Assembly: GCF_009914755.1 (NCBI RefSeq)
Contig: NC_060942.1
Origin: the human T2T-CHM13v2.0 reference genome, Homo sapiens
Direction: 5' to 3' (one strand)
DNA: 64,000 bases
Shown: positions 28,247 through 39,060 of the stretch, one piece after another
Layout: each line of letters opens with the position of its first letter
Position numbering within the stretch: the stretch's first letter is position 1
Notes under the pieces: model-generated
The model's database searches: none
What the model was told of the DNA's origin: nothing
Seen by the model: the letters and a program-made list of their open reading frames with translations, nothing else
Translations under genes and position numbers: made by a program

Positions 28247-29485
28247 CACTGTATCCTTTTTTATGCCCATTTGCCCTCTCTCTCGGCCAGAGACATGGCC
28301 ATAGGGGACTTTTTGGAATGGGAGGGACCTCCAGTTTCACCTCCTCATTGTATAAAAGAGGAGATGGGAGCCAGGGCCGGGAGTCACCACGGGTACCAGA
28401 AGCAGAGTGGGTCCCCTACCTGGGGCTCTCTGCCTACGGCTGGCTGCCTGGAGGCAGAGGTGTTTTATTTGTAGCACCTCCTTTTCTTTACTGTTAGGAG
28501 ATCTTGAGACTGACTGGCCGTTGCCAAGGTCTGCACTATCCATGAGCTCTGAGGCACTCACATGGAGACGTGTGACATCTCCCTTGGTGGGACACCTGGT
28601 CCCAGCTCAAGTTGGAAATAGCTTCTCAAGGGTCTTTTCCCCACTTTTTCTCCCATCTGTCTCATGACAAGCCCTTTGCCTCTTTGATCCTAAATGAACA
28701 TAGGGTGAGATGATGCATAGGTGAGCTGTGCCGTGCAGCTCTCAAACATGGTCATTTTTATTTTTTTTAAATTTTGCAGCAGAGCCCCAGTTTGCCGAGG
28801 TTTAGAATGACCTCTTTGGTTGGCAGCGTTCCTTTCTCCCTGGAACTTCTCTGGTGGGTAGAGTGGCCAGGGATCGGCATCCACAGGCCGGGGCTCGGCC
28901 CTGAGCGTCTGTGGGGCCTGGAGCAGTCGCCATGGCTGTGGAGCTGTCACCTAGGTAACCGACATTCCGCCAGCGAAACAGTCTGTCCACAGCAGGAGGA
29001 AATAAAAAATGAAACTGCAGCGTCAATTCTTTATGCACTACGGTTTTTTGAGTGCTACTTTGATTTTGGAAAAAAGGCTGTTTCACTTCTCCATTGGATT
29101 TTGGCCTCCGTGCCCCTGTGTGACCCTCACATTTCCTGAACCCCATGTATCTGTTTTTACAGTGTCTTTTAATGAAAGATATAATACGGACACAGTTCAG
29201 TTTGTATTCCTGAATGACTCTGAGGAGGACTGCGTTTCATATAAGTTTTTGTGAATAACTGGTAAGGCAGACATACCCTGTAACTTACTTGGTTAGGTTT
29301 GTGAGTGTTCATGTTTTTAAAATGTCCCTTCCTGTGGGGGTGTTTTTCCATTTGACGTGCTCTATTTCCTTAGTAACTGTTGCTCTGTTATGGGAGGGAC
29401 TTAATGACATTTTTCAAGTGCAATATTGAATTAATTTATTTCCTGGTTAGTCCTGCCCATCTTCCCAGTATAAATAGAACCTCCA

Positions 29486-29546
29486 TGTGTGTGTGCGTGT
29501 GTGTGTGCGTGTGTGTGCGTGTGTGCATGTGTGTGCGTGTGTGTGT
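29486..29546. repeat. (TG)n/(CG)-interrupted alternating purine-pyrimidine tract
   Basis: tgtgtgtgtgcgtgtgtgtgtgcgtgtgtgtgcgtgtgtgcatgtgtgtgcgtgtgtgtgt. Confidence 0.95.
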
Positions 29547-31149
29547 AGAATGATGACCATGTGCTTGCTGCCTTGGGGGGGATCTTGACTGTGACCTTGC
29601 GTCCTGGGTAAGTTGCCTCTTCCTGTATTCCCCCCTCTCCTTCTCTCTTGATTTAAGCTACTTGGGTTTAGGGAGCTTCCTGGGCCTCAGGAGTAGCATG
29701 GGAAGCAGTGCCTTCAGGGCAAGAGGCCCAGGGTCAGTCCTGCTCTCCTGCTGCCAGTGTTGGGCGCAGTTCTTGCGCCTCCATGGGGCAGCGCTTGCTC
29801 TCTCTCTGTAGCCTGAGGGCATTTAAGTCAATGACCTCTGAAGGCCTTTGCTGGATAGGACTTTGTGGGAAGTGTAAGTGCAGCAGGCTCACCACTTGTA
29901 ATCATCATCTCAACTCTTCTAGTGGGGTGGTGGGAAAACCAGCCCGGAGGGTCCCAGCCAAGCAGGCTGAGGAGCAGCACCTCCACCTGGGAAATGCCCC
30001 TTGCCAGGCGCAGCTAGGGCTGGGTTAATTGTGTAGGTGTTTGCTGAGCCTTCTCTGCGCTGTGTATAGTACTCAGGGAAGCTTCACGTAAGTGTCTTCC
30101 TTCACTCATGTGTTCGCTCAGGAAATACGTATTTACTGGGCACCTGCTGGGTGCCAAGGGGAACTGGAGGATCTGCTGGCCACTGCCTTTGCTCTCATGG
30201 CACTTGTGGGGGAGACGGGCAGGCATGGTGCAATCAGGACACCCGTGTGGAGTCGCAACTGCAGATGTTTTGGGAAGCCGACCAGGTGCTGCGGGTTGTG
30301 TAGCAGGGTCTGGACTTAGACTGGGGGCCATCAAAGAAGCATCTCCAGGGAGGGTTGTTTGGGCTGAGACTGGAAAGCTGAGTGGCAGCTCATGAGCAGG
30401 AGGCTCACGAGAGCAGAAGATTGGAGGGACGGCCGGCAAGCAGCGTTTGTTCAGCTCCTCCAACTTTTACCCTTCCACGTGTTTGCTCCACAGATGCCCA
30501 GCATGGCTGTGCTGATTGCTGGTTGGTTTCTAAACTAAAAGCACACGTCTTGTCCAGAACAGGGCCTGCAGGCTTCTGCTGACTGTGCTGGCCCTCAGAG
30601 TTTTCTCTGGGTCCTGATCACCCACCCTGCGCTGCCTGTTGGTCACCTGACACACTTACTGAGTGCCGCTGGGTTCTGGCCCCTTCTGGGTGGTCACAGT
30701 CTTTCACTGAGCAGAACGAAGCTTGCACCTCTGCTGCGTATTCCTAGAAAGGGTAGCTAATCTTTGTTGCTAGCAGTGAGAAAGAAGACTTTTTACAGCA
30801 TTTATAATTGCATTTTACCTTGAAAATTGCATTGGGGGAGACTCAGAGTGTATATAGGAATAGGCACGTTATCCATTGATGCGGTAACACAGCTGTGTTC
30901 ACCCTGCTTTTGTTGGGAACCGCACACATCACTGTCCTAAAAATCCTGGCCATGACCACGCTTAGACCTCATGGGAGCTATTACACACCTGTGTCCAACC
31001 TCTCTTTTAGAAGATGTAAAGTTAAGGATTGGTGGGGGTGATTAAGCCAGCATAAGAAAACTGGGAAGTTGGTTGTTTCTTCTATTTTGATCCACATTGG
31101 CCTCAGTCTTTCCCATAGCCTTTTGACATGTGGGATGTATGATAACTTC

Positions 31150-32340
31150 ATTTTTCTAATTGACATTTTGACAAATAATAACTGCATATATGTGGGGTAC
31201 AATGTAATGTTTTGGTATATGTATGCATGGTAGAAATATTCAATTCAAATGAATTAATATATCCATCACCTCACCAACTTATCATTTTTTGTGGTAAGAA
31301 TGTTAAAAATCTATTATTTTAGCAATTTTGAAATATGTGATACTTTTTTTATTAACTGTGGTCACCATGCAATGCAGTACGTCACTAAAACGTATTCCTC
31401 CAGTCCATCTGAAAATTTTGTATGTTTGATCAACATTTCCCTTTTCTTCATCGTTCTTCCTCCTGCCTCTGGTAATCTCCTTTCTACCCTCCTTCTGTGA
31501 GATTGACTCTTTCAGATTCCACCTATAAGTGAGATCATGTAGTACTTGTCTTTCAATTCCTGGCTTATTTCATTTGGCTTAATGTCCATCCGTTTCATAA
31601 GTGAGATCATGTAGTATTTGTCTTTCAATTCCTGGCTTATTTCATTTGGCATAATGTCCTCCCGTTTCATCCATGTTGTTGCAAATGACAGAATTTTCTT
31701 CTTTTTAAAGGTTGTATAGTACTCCATTGTGTATGCATACCATGTTGTCTTTATGTGTTCATCCACTGAAGGACACTTAGGTTGCTTCCGTATCTTGGTT
31801 ATTGTGAATAGTGCCGAAATGAACACGGGAGTGTAGATATATTTTTGACATACCTATTTCAGTTCCTTGGATATGTACTCAGCAGTGGGATTGCTGGATC
31901 ATATGGTGATTCTATTTTTAGTCTTTTGAGGAACCTCCATACTGTTTTCCGAAATGGCTGTACCAGTCTCCATTCTCACCAACAGTGTACACGGGTTCCC
32001 TTTTCTCCACATCCTTGCCAATACTTCTCATCTTTTGTCTTTGATAATGACCATTCTAATGGGTGTGAGGTGATAGCTCATTGTGGCTTTAATTTGCATA
32101 TCCCAGATGCTTAGAGATGTTGAGCATTTTTTAATATATCTGTCAGCCATTTGTATATCTTCTTTTGAGAAACATCTTTTCAGGTAATTGCCCGTTTTAA
32201 AAATTGGGTTGTTTTCTTGCTACTGAGTTGTTTGAGTTCCTTACATACTTTGGATATTAGGCCCTGATCAGAAGTATGGCTTGCAAATATTTTCTCCCAG
32301 TCTATCGGTTGTCTCTTCATTCTGTTGATTATTTCCTTAT
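31150..32340 (-). mobile_element. L1MA-type LINE-1 3' fragment (ORF2 C-terminus plus 3'UTR) with an internal 72-bp tandem duplication
   Basis: The minus-strand ORF 31512-31826 ([30 protein letters not shown]) matches the L1 ORF2p C-terminus. The duplicated unit starts at 31525 and 31597. Confidence 0.9.
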
Positions 32341-33239
32341 GATAACCTGATTTTTAAAAAAAGTGAGGTAGCATAACTTCTGCAATGAAACAAATAGACA
32401 AAATTCCCACAATAAAACAACAGCAAAAACCTCCCTGCAGTTTGGTTTTCTCTCTGAGTTTAGAGAATGAGAACAAATAAAGTCTAGCATATTTGCACAC
32501 CAAAAGCATCATCGAAAAGGGCAGAGAAAAATCAAAGCTTTAGGGCAGGTGGGCTTCTGTTTTTATCTGGCAGGATAAATTCCATTTCCCAAAGTTCATG
32601 ATGCTAGTGCAACTAGTTTTCTTCCGAAGTTCCTGTAGGACCTGCATGTTGGCCATTTTTAGATGGAATGTTAGAATTCAGAGAAAAAATGTTTTCTCAC
32701 ATTTTCAAGCACTTCAAAGCTACCATTTACACAAATAATTTATTTTTTAATTAAAATGTTACCTGTTCTTTAAACTTGAGGACTCCTACTGGGCCATACC
32801 TTATTAACTGAGAATGTTACTATAGATACATGAAGGTAATAGAATTGGATGTCTTAGTATCATTAAAGTACTTCATTAATTTATAACATACTCCTTGTAA
32901 TTAGTACGTATCAGTGATGTGTTACTTCACTACCTTCTGTTTATAGCAACATGTGATTAACAGAGGGCTCCTTTCTGTTCTGTGCTCTGTTCTCTTAAGT
33001 TCTTTTTCTTTAGTTTGATGATGAAAAAGAAGAATGAGATTACATTTTCTAAAAGTTGGTTATAAATTGATTAGGATGAAGTGATAACATAAAAGAGGTT
33101 TCTTTTCCTGAATATTGGAGACTGATATTCAGGATTCTGTTTTAAAAGTCTGATCCTTTGGGCTTCTGTCATTCTTGTTAATATTGCTTTATGTTTAATG
33201 GAACATTAAAATATCTGAAAAACATTTTGTAAAATGCTT

Positions 33240-33530
33240 TTATTATTATTCTATTTTTTTTTTTTGAGATGGAGTTTTGCTCTTGTTGCCCAGGCTGGAT
33301 TGCAATGGCGCGATCTTGGCTCACTGCAACCTCGCCTCCCGGGTTCAAGTGATTCTCCTGCCTCAGCCTCCCGAGTAGCTGGGATTACAGGCATACACCA
33401 CCACACTTGGCTAATTTTTTTGTATTTTCAGTAGAGACAGGGTTTCTCCATGTTGATGAGGCTGATCTCGAACTCCTGACCTCAGGTGATCCTCCCGCCT
33501 CGGCCTCCCAAATTGCTGGGATTACAGGCA
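33240..33530 (-). mobile_element. AluS-type SINE, slightly 5'-truncated
   Basis: TSD AAAATGCTT(T/C)TATT. Confidence 0.9.
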
Positions 33531-33649
33531 AAATGCTTCTATTGTTATGTAACATATGGAGCAGTTTATAGATTAAATTTGCTTTTCCTTCCTATTCTCA
33601 CTAAAAAGTTAATGTGGGCATTTGTTTTCCTTTTAAGAATCCATTTTTA

Positions 33650-33768
33650 GGCCAGGCATGGTGGCACATGCCTATAATCCTAGCACTTTGGGAGGCCAAG
33701 CCCTTTGTGAGGATTGCTTGAGGCAGGAGTTTGGAGACCAGCCTGGGCGGCTTAGTGAGACCCTGTCA
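33650..33768 (+). mobile_element. FLAM-type Alu monomer
   Basis: ggccaggcatggtggcacatgcctataatcctagcactttgggaggcc...gagaccctgtc. Confidence 0.8.
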
Positions 33769-33771
33769 TTC

Positions 33772-33772
<1 letters not shown>

Positions 33773-33821
<49 letters not shown>

Positions 33822-33853
33822 GGATGGATGGATAGATAAGATAGATAGATAGA
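33773..33853. repeat. (TAGA)n/(TGGA)n compound tetranucleotide STR at the FLAM tail
   Basis: About 12 uninterrupted TAGA units, then TGGA x3 and further TAGA. Confidence 0.95.
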
Positions 33854-34212
33854 ATCACTTTTAAAAACTGCTCCATGCAAGTCCTGCATTTTCTTCCTGG
33901 AGTGCTGACCAGTGGCCATGCACCACAGACCCCAGTCTAAGGCCTTGGGAACCAGCTTGAGAAATGAGTTTCTTCCCCGAGGTGTCTGTGAGGGCAGAAT
34001 GGCCCAGGAGGGACATTTGAACCTTAAGAGGAGCATAGCTGTGGCCTTGGGGGCAGGTGGATCTCCTCCCACCCTGGCAGCCCCTGTGGGAGCCCCCATG
34101 CCCACAGTGGGGTCGTGGAGGCAGCTCCGTGGCTTTTCCTTTCTGTCCTGTGTAAGCCTGTTAATTGTAATGCTTCTGCTGGTCATCAGGAAAGTGACCT
34201 CTTGCTTTTCAG

Positions 34213-34594
34213 TTTCAGAGGCGGAGCACAGAGAGCTGCGGCTGGGACAAGGAGCACCCGCGTGCAGGTGCGACCCTGCAGGATGCTGGCAGCGGCGTGG
34301 CCAGGGGCGCCCGTGTTCTGAGGGCCTGAGGGCCAGCCCCTCCACCCGCGCCATGGCCTCCGCGCCCTGGCTGGACGGCTGACGGGAGCAGGGACCGCCG
34401 CCGCCCAGGTGCCACACCCAGGTACCGCCCGCCCGCGCGAGAGCCGGGCAGGTGGGCCGCGGATGCTCCCAGAGGCCGGCCCAGCAGAGCGATGGACTTG
34501 GACAGGCTAAGATGGAAGTGACCTGAGCCTCGCCCGGCGGCTTCCTCGACGGGACAGCGCAAGAGTTGGAGCACAGGCTTGTCCGGGGAGCAGT
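34213..34594 (+). other. LDLRAD4: 5'UTR portion of the LDLRAD4 ATG-containing exon (382 nt)
   Basis: Acceptor ctcttgcttttcag|TTTCAGAG with AG at 34211-34212. A second tandem AG at 34217-34218 is also possible. The segment is contiguous with the ATG at 34595. Confidence 0.8.
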
Positions 34595-34605
34595 ATGCCG
34601 GAAGC
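34235..34605. promoter_or_regulatory. Small CpG island / GC-rich regulatory region over the LDLRAD4 ATG exon
   Basis: Dense CpGs (ccgccgccgcc, cgcccgcgcgag, cccggcggc) against a CpG-depleted background. Confidence 0.7.
34283..34526 (+). promoter_or_regulatory. Cluster of five upstream ORFs in the LDLRAD4 5'UTR
   Basis: ATG-to-stop spans: 34283-34321 (MLAAAWPGAPVF), 34353-34382 (MASAPWLDG), 34463-34510 (15 aa), 34492-34521 (MDLDRLRWK), 34512-34526 (MEVT). Confidence 0.8.
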
Positions 34606-34634
34606 TGGTTTTCAGGCCACAAATGCTTTCACAG
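34595..34634 (+). CDS. LDLRAD4: First coding segment (c.1-40, phase-1 end) of low-density lipoprotein receptor class A domain-containing protein 4; the rest of the CDS lies beyond the window
   Basis: ATG CCG GAA GCT GGT TTT CAG GCC ACA AAT GCT TTC ACA G|gtgagc translates to MPEAGFQATNAFT(E), which I recognise as the N-terminus of human LDLRAD4/C18orf1. Canonical donor at 34635; Kozak -3 is A. Confidence 0.93.
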
Positions 34635-36097
34635 GTGAGCATGCTCCAGGTAATCCGAGGCTTTGCCTCCACTCCTGGGAGGCAATAAACTCCCAAACCA
34701 CTGCATGCAGTGAACCTACCTTTGCAGTCAGGAGCTGAAGGCCAACGCAGTCAAGGGCTCAGGCTGCTGTGGTGACTGATTCTGACAAAATAATAATGTG
34801 TTTTCCTTCGCTCTCTCAATAGCAGTTTGAAAAAGTGTTTGACACTTTTTGCTTCTGTTTTTGTTGAATGATAGGATACACACAATATCCTGCAGTATTC
34901 GCAGCGTCTTCCAAGTCTCTGTTCTCTAAGGAAATATGTCACTTGCTGAGCGAGGGTAGGGGAAGTGTGGTTTCTTTACAGAACCGGGAAGATTCTCCGA
35001 GGGAAAAGATTAATTGCCGATGTGTGCTTGGTGCCTCCCCATCTTTAATTTCTCACATTTATTTGTGTGCTTGGGGCAACTGGGCAGAACTCGTCTTGCA
35101 GTGAGCGGGGAGAAGTGGGACACCCCAGTGTGCTGGTGATTTGGCCCTGGCTGGCAGTTTGTAGGGAACCACACAGTCTGGCTGGTGCCCAGAGCCCTCG
35201 CCCAAGACACAGGAGATTTTGAATTTGGATCCTGGCTCTTTTGTCTGATTCATGTAACATTCCAGGAAGCCACTTAATCCTCTGGGCCTCTGGCTCCTCG
35301 TAGACAGACTGGGCTCCGTGACATTGAGGAACTTCATGGAATCCAGGGAGAATGTGTTTACATAAAAGAGGTTTTGTGGAGGTTGCCTTTCATTTAAGAG
35401 AAAGATGGTAGAAATAGTCACAAGAAGTGACCCTATTCTCTGGTTCCGTGAGTCCCAGAAGTTTGCAGCTTTTCAGATTTTGTGGAGGGAGCAGGTCAGG
35501 CTGTTGGGATGCCTGGAGAGAGGGGCAGGGGCTCAGGCTTGATTGGCATGGGCCTTCTCCTTGGATTAGATGTCAGCTCCTAGACAGCCTTGCACTCCTC
35601 CGCAGTCGCCGTGGCTTCGGCGTGAAGAGATGGAGCGCCGCTGTGGTGCCTCTCCAAGGAAGAACGAGGGGACGGGTCTTCCCAACCTCGGCCGCTTCCG
35701 TGCGCACCTGCAGGCGACCTCCTGAGGCAGCTTGCACCACATAGTCTGTGACATGGGGTCTCAGTGACAGTGCCTTCCCCGAGTTGTGGGAGGTGGGTCA
35801 GGGCCCGTGCTGGTTAGCTTGGCAGCTGTGTAGATGTCTCCCTCTGGATTGTGAGGGGCTGGTTATTCTCTGGCCCATGTGGATGAGCTCCGCAGCTGTG
35901 TACACCTTCCTCCCAGGTTGTGGTGTGCGGGTCATGGCCCATGTGGATGAACTCTGCAGCTGTGTAGACGAAGGGTTGGGGGAGCACGTGCAAAGCTAAG
36001 CTCTCTTGAACCATCTTCATACCTGCAGCCCAGCTGTCTAGAAACCCTGTCCTTCCTCATCCTTACTGTGTGTGCTTCAGCTGTTTCCGTCTCAGGA

Positions 36098-36270
36098 GCA
36101 GCTCCCTCGTGGATACTCCTCCCCTCCAGGCAGGGATGGGCAGCTCCCTCATGGATACTCCTCCCCTCCAGGCAGGGATGGGCAGCTCCCTCGTGGATAC
36201 TCCTCCCCTCCAGTCAGGGGTGGGCAGCTCCCTCGTGGATACCCCTCCCCTCCAGGTGGGGGTGGGCAGC
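36098..36270. repeat. VNTR, 4 x 42 bp
   Basis: Unit gcagctccctcgtggatactcctcccctccaggcagggatgg; the overlapping ORFs show a 14-aa periodicity. Confidence 0.93.
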
Positions 36271-37299
36271 AGAAGCAACTGAGAAGTGGCTGGGTGTGTG
36301 CTCAGCCTCCTTGTCCCTTCTCCCCACACCCCAGGAGGCAGCTGGGGAGGAGCGGCACCTAGGATTTGATGTAAAGAAGCTCTTCAGAGTAGTTCTGGGA
36401 GGAAGAGGGAACAAGAAAAGAAAAGGAAGTGAGCATGGGACAAAAAGAGCCCGAGGAAAAGTGGCACACTCTTAGGAAGCTGCCCTGACCATGGACCTGA
36501 CGGCAGGGTGGAGGCCACAGGGTGGCCCACAGAGGCCAGGGTTCTGGGGCCGTCTCCTCACCCTGCTGCACCTGATGGTGGTCCACGTGGCTCCCACTGA
36601 GACACCCACGCCATCCTCACACTCTGGGGTGCTGGGGATACCTCTGCCCCAAAGGAAAGGGAAAGGCCAAACTGAGGCTCTGTTTAGAATACTCAGAATC
36701 CTGTGGTTCTGCCTGGAGGATTCTTGCAGATAGGACAGTACCTCTCACATATTAAGCCAAGGTATATGTCAGCTGCTACCCCTGGGGCCTGTGTCACCCC
36801 ACCTTCCTCCCCACTTGCTCACAGTCACCCACTTGTAGCTCCTCCCCAGCTCACGTTTTTTTTTATTTGTAATTTATGAATAAAAGCTTTCTATATTGGT
36901 AGGTTCCAGTGAGATGTTTTGATACATGTATGTGTTGTAGAGTGAACAGGTCAGGCTAATGGGCTCTGCTCATCACTGCACATTTTATCATTTCTTTGTG
37001 CTGAGAATACTTTGGCTCCTCTCTTTCAGCTCACATTTATGAGTTTCCCAAGAATCTGTTTCCTTACTTTGGCCTCTTCCCCCCAGTGTCAGCCTGGCTG
37101 AGGAACAAGGTGTGCCAGCGGCAGTGGTGGGGTGTTCGCCACAGCCGCCGTTTTGGAGCCACAGTGTGCCGGGAGCCGTGCTCCTGCTATGTGTCCTTTG
37201 CCAGGTGTCACACCAACACAGCGCCGCGCGGGGCACACTCAGTGCAGGCAGGAACTGGCTGGTGCCAGTGGCCTCTCCAGATTGTCCCACGCTGTGTGG

Positions 37300-37470
37300 C
37301 CTTGGGTACACACGGGTTCCCTGGGGAGCTTCCCTACCACCTGGGTCTCACCCTCAGAGACTGAGGTTTAATTGGTCTTGGCATCACCTAGACCTGCTAA
37401 ATCAGGACTCTCATCCTCACAAGATCCTAGGTGCTTGGCTCACTTTAAAGTCTGGGAAGCACTGGGAGCT
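37300..37470. mobile_element. MER5-like DNA transposon remnant
   Basis: ctgggtctcaccctcagagactgaggtttaattggtcttgg...cactttaaagtctgggaagcactgg. Confidence 0.5.
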
Positions 37471-38479
37471 GGCACCCAGCAGAGCAGTGTTCAGAGAGAG
37501 GCCAGGGTGCTTGAGGGGGTCATGTCTCAAAAAAAAAAAATCACCTGACTTGTGCCATTCCTTCAGCAGGGGGGATCAAAATAATGGGTCTGCCTGTTCT
37601 CAGACCATCATGTGTTGAATAGTGTTCACACTGTTGGGTGCGCCAGCACCTGCAGGGTGGCAGTTTTAGCTTCCCCATCTCTCTCTAGGAAGTAACCAGC
37701 AGTGAAATAAGGAGATGTGAGCGCCTGGCCTTCTCTGGAGCTGGGTCCCTGGAGACTTGGCTCATCATTTTTATTCTTGGTCTCCCTTCCCATCTGTCTG
37801 CCCACATAGTTTGCAAGAGTCCCTGTGATGTAGGATGCAGGGGCTGACACACTCTGCCTGCCCAGGCAGCTGGGTGAAGGTGTAGCTTTAGAAGGAGGCG
37901 CTCAGGAGTCCGGTGCCCAGCCCACTGCCTTAGTTGGGTTGCTGTTCTTAAAATTTTGGATTTTGCTGATTCTCTGGGCTAATAGAAAGGAGTCTTGCCT
38001 TAGATAAGACATTGAGGCATCTTCCCTAGGCTTTAAATTTTGTTTTAGGGCCAGGCAAACATCACTGGGCAGTTAACCATATGTCCACTAAAATTTGTCA
38101 CTTTATGTTCCAATTCTCTTGGAGGGTAGAGGCTCAGAATTCCTCTTTAAGAGGGTTTTGGGCAGCACTCGGGCTGTGGGGGAGGGCTGGGAGACCTGCC
38201 ATGAAGCTGCGTTTGTTTGGAGCGTGTGAAAGTACCATGAAGGGGGTGGGAGTTTGGAAGGCCCCTGTCCCCATGCCACGTTGGCAATCCTGTGTGATGG
38301 AGTTCACTCTGACCTCGTGCCTCCTGGGTGAGTGTGGGTATACTCACATAGATGCGTATTTAACTTCTTAATTATGATCTTAGGTGAATGCTTGCATACA
38401 GGAATTGATACATTATTTTTAGTTTTCTCAGCATATGCAATTTAGAAATGATTTTAGTCATTTAGATAGTATTTTATAT

Positions 38480-39060
38480 CAAAAATTAATTTTTTCCTTT
38501 TACAAGTAGCATCTGCTCATTGTAAGCAAACTCGGAAAGCGCAAGAGTCAAAAGAAAAATAATTTCCTACACGCATCTTTGCCATGTGACTCTTTCTTCG
38601 GGCAACATTTTAGTTTACATCCTTCCAGTTTTGTCTTTTGCAAATTTCTTCCTACAGAACTGTGTTCATAATAGTATTTAATATGGTAACTTGATCATTC
38701 CCTTTTAACATTACATTACGAGCATTTTTCTTATAAATACGATTTTAAATTGCTGCATAATATTTTCATGTACATGTACTTGAATTTTAAAATTGTGTTC
38801 CTGTTGTTGGATAGTCCACTTTTTGACGGTTTTCACCCTTATGAATAACGCTTTGATGAACACCTTTGTGCATAAAAGCTCTTCTGTATATTTGATTATT
38901 TCCTTAGGATAAACTCCCTGAGGCAAAATTATTGGGTCCAAAGATGTGAATTCTGTTACAGCTTATAATTAAATTTCCAGAAGGATTGATTGATCCTAAC
39001 TTTTGAGGCTGTGCTGAAACTGGTTTCCTTCTGTTGCCAGTTGCCTGTTCACAGTGACTG
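38480..39060 (-). mobile_element. L1ME-like fragment
   Basis: atgaacacctttgtgcataaa...ttccttaggataaactccctgaggcaaaattattgggtccaaag is an antisense L1 ORF2 3' motif. Confidence 0.6.

Noticed and set aside
31512-31826. ORF resembling a reverse-transcriptase-associated protein
   Set aside because: It is a dead L1 ORF2p C-terminal remnant with an internal 72-bp duplication, not a gene.
33770-34696. Longest ORF in the track (308 aa, minus strand)
   Set aside because: It is antisense to the GC-rich LDLRAD4 exon, where stops are naturally rare, and it ends in the (TAGA)n STR (YLSI repeats). It has no recognisable domain.
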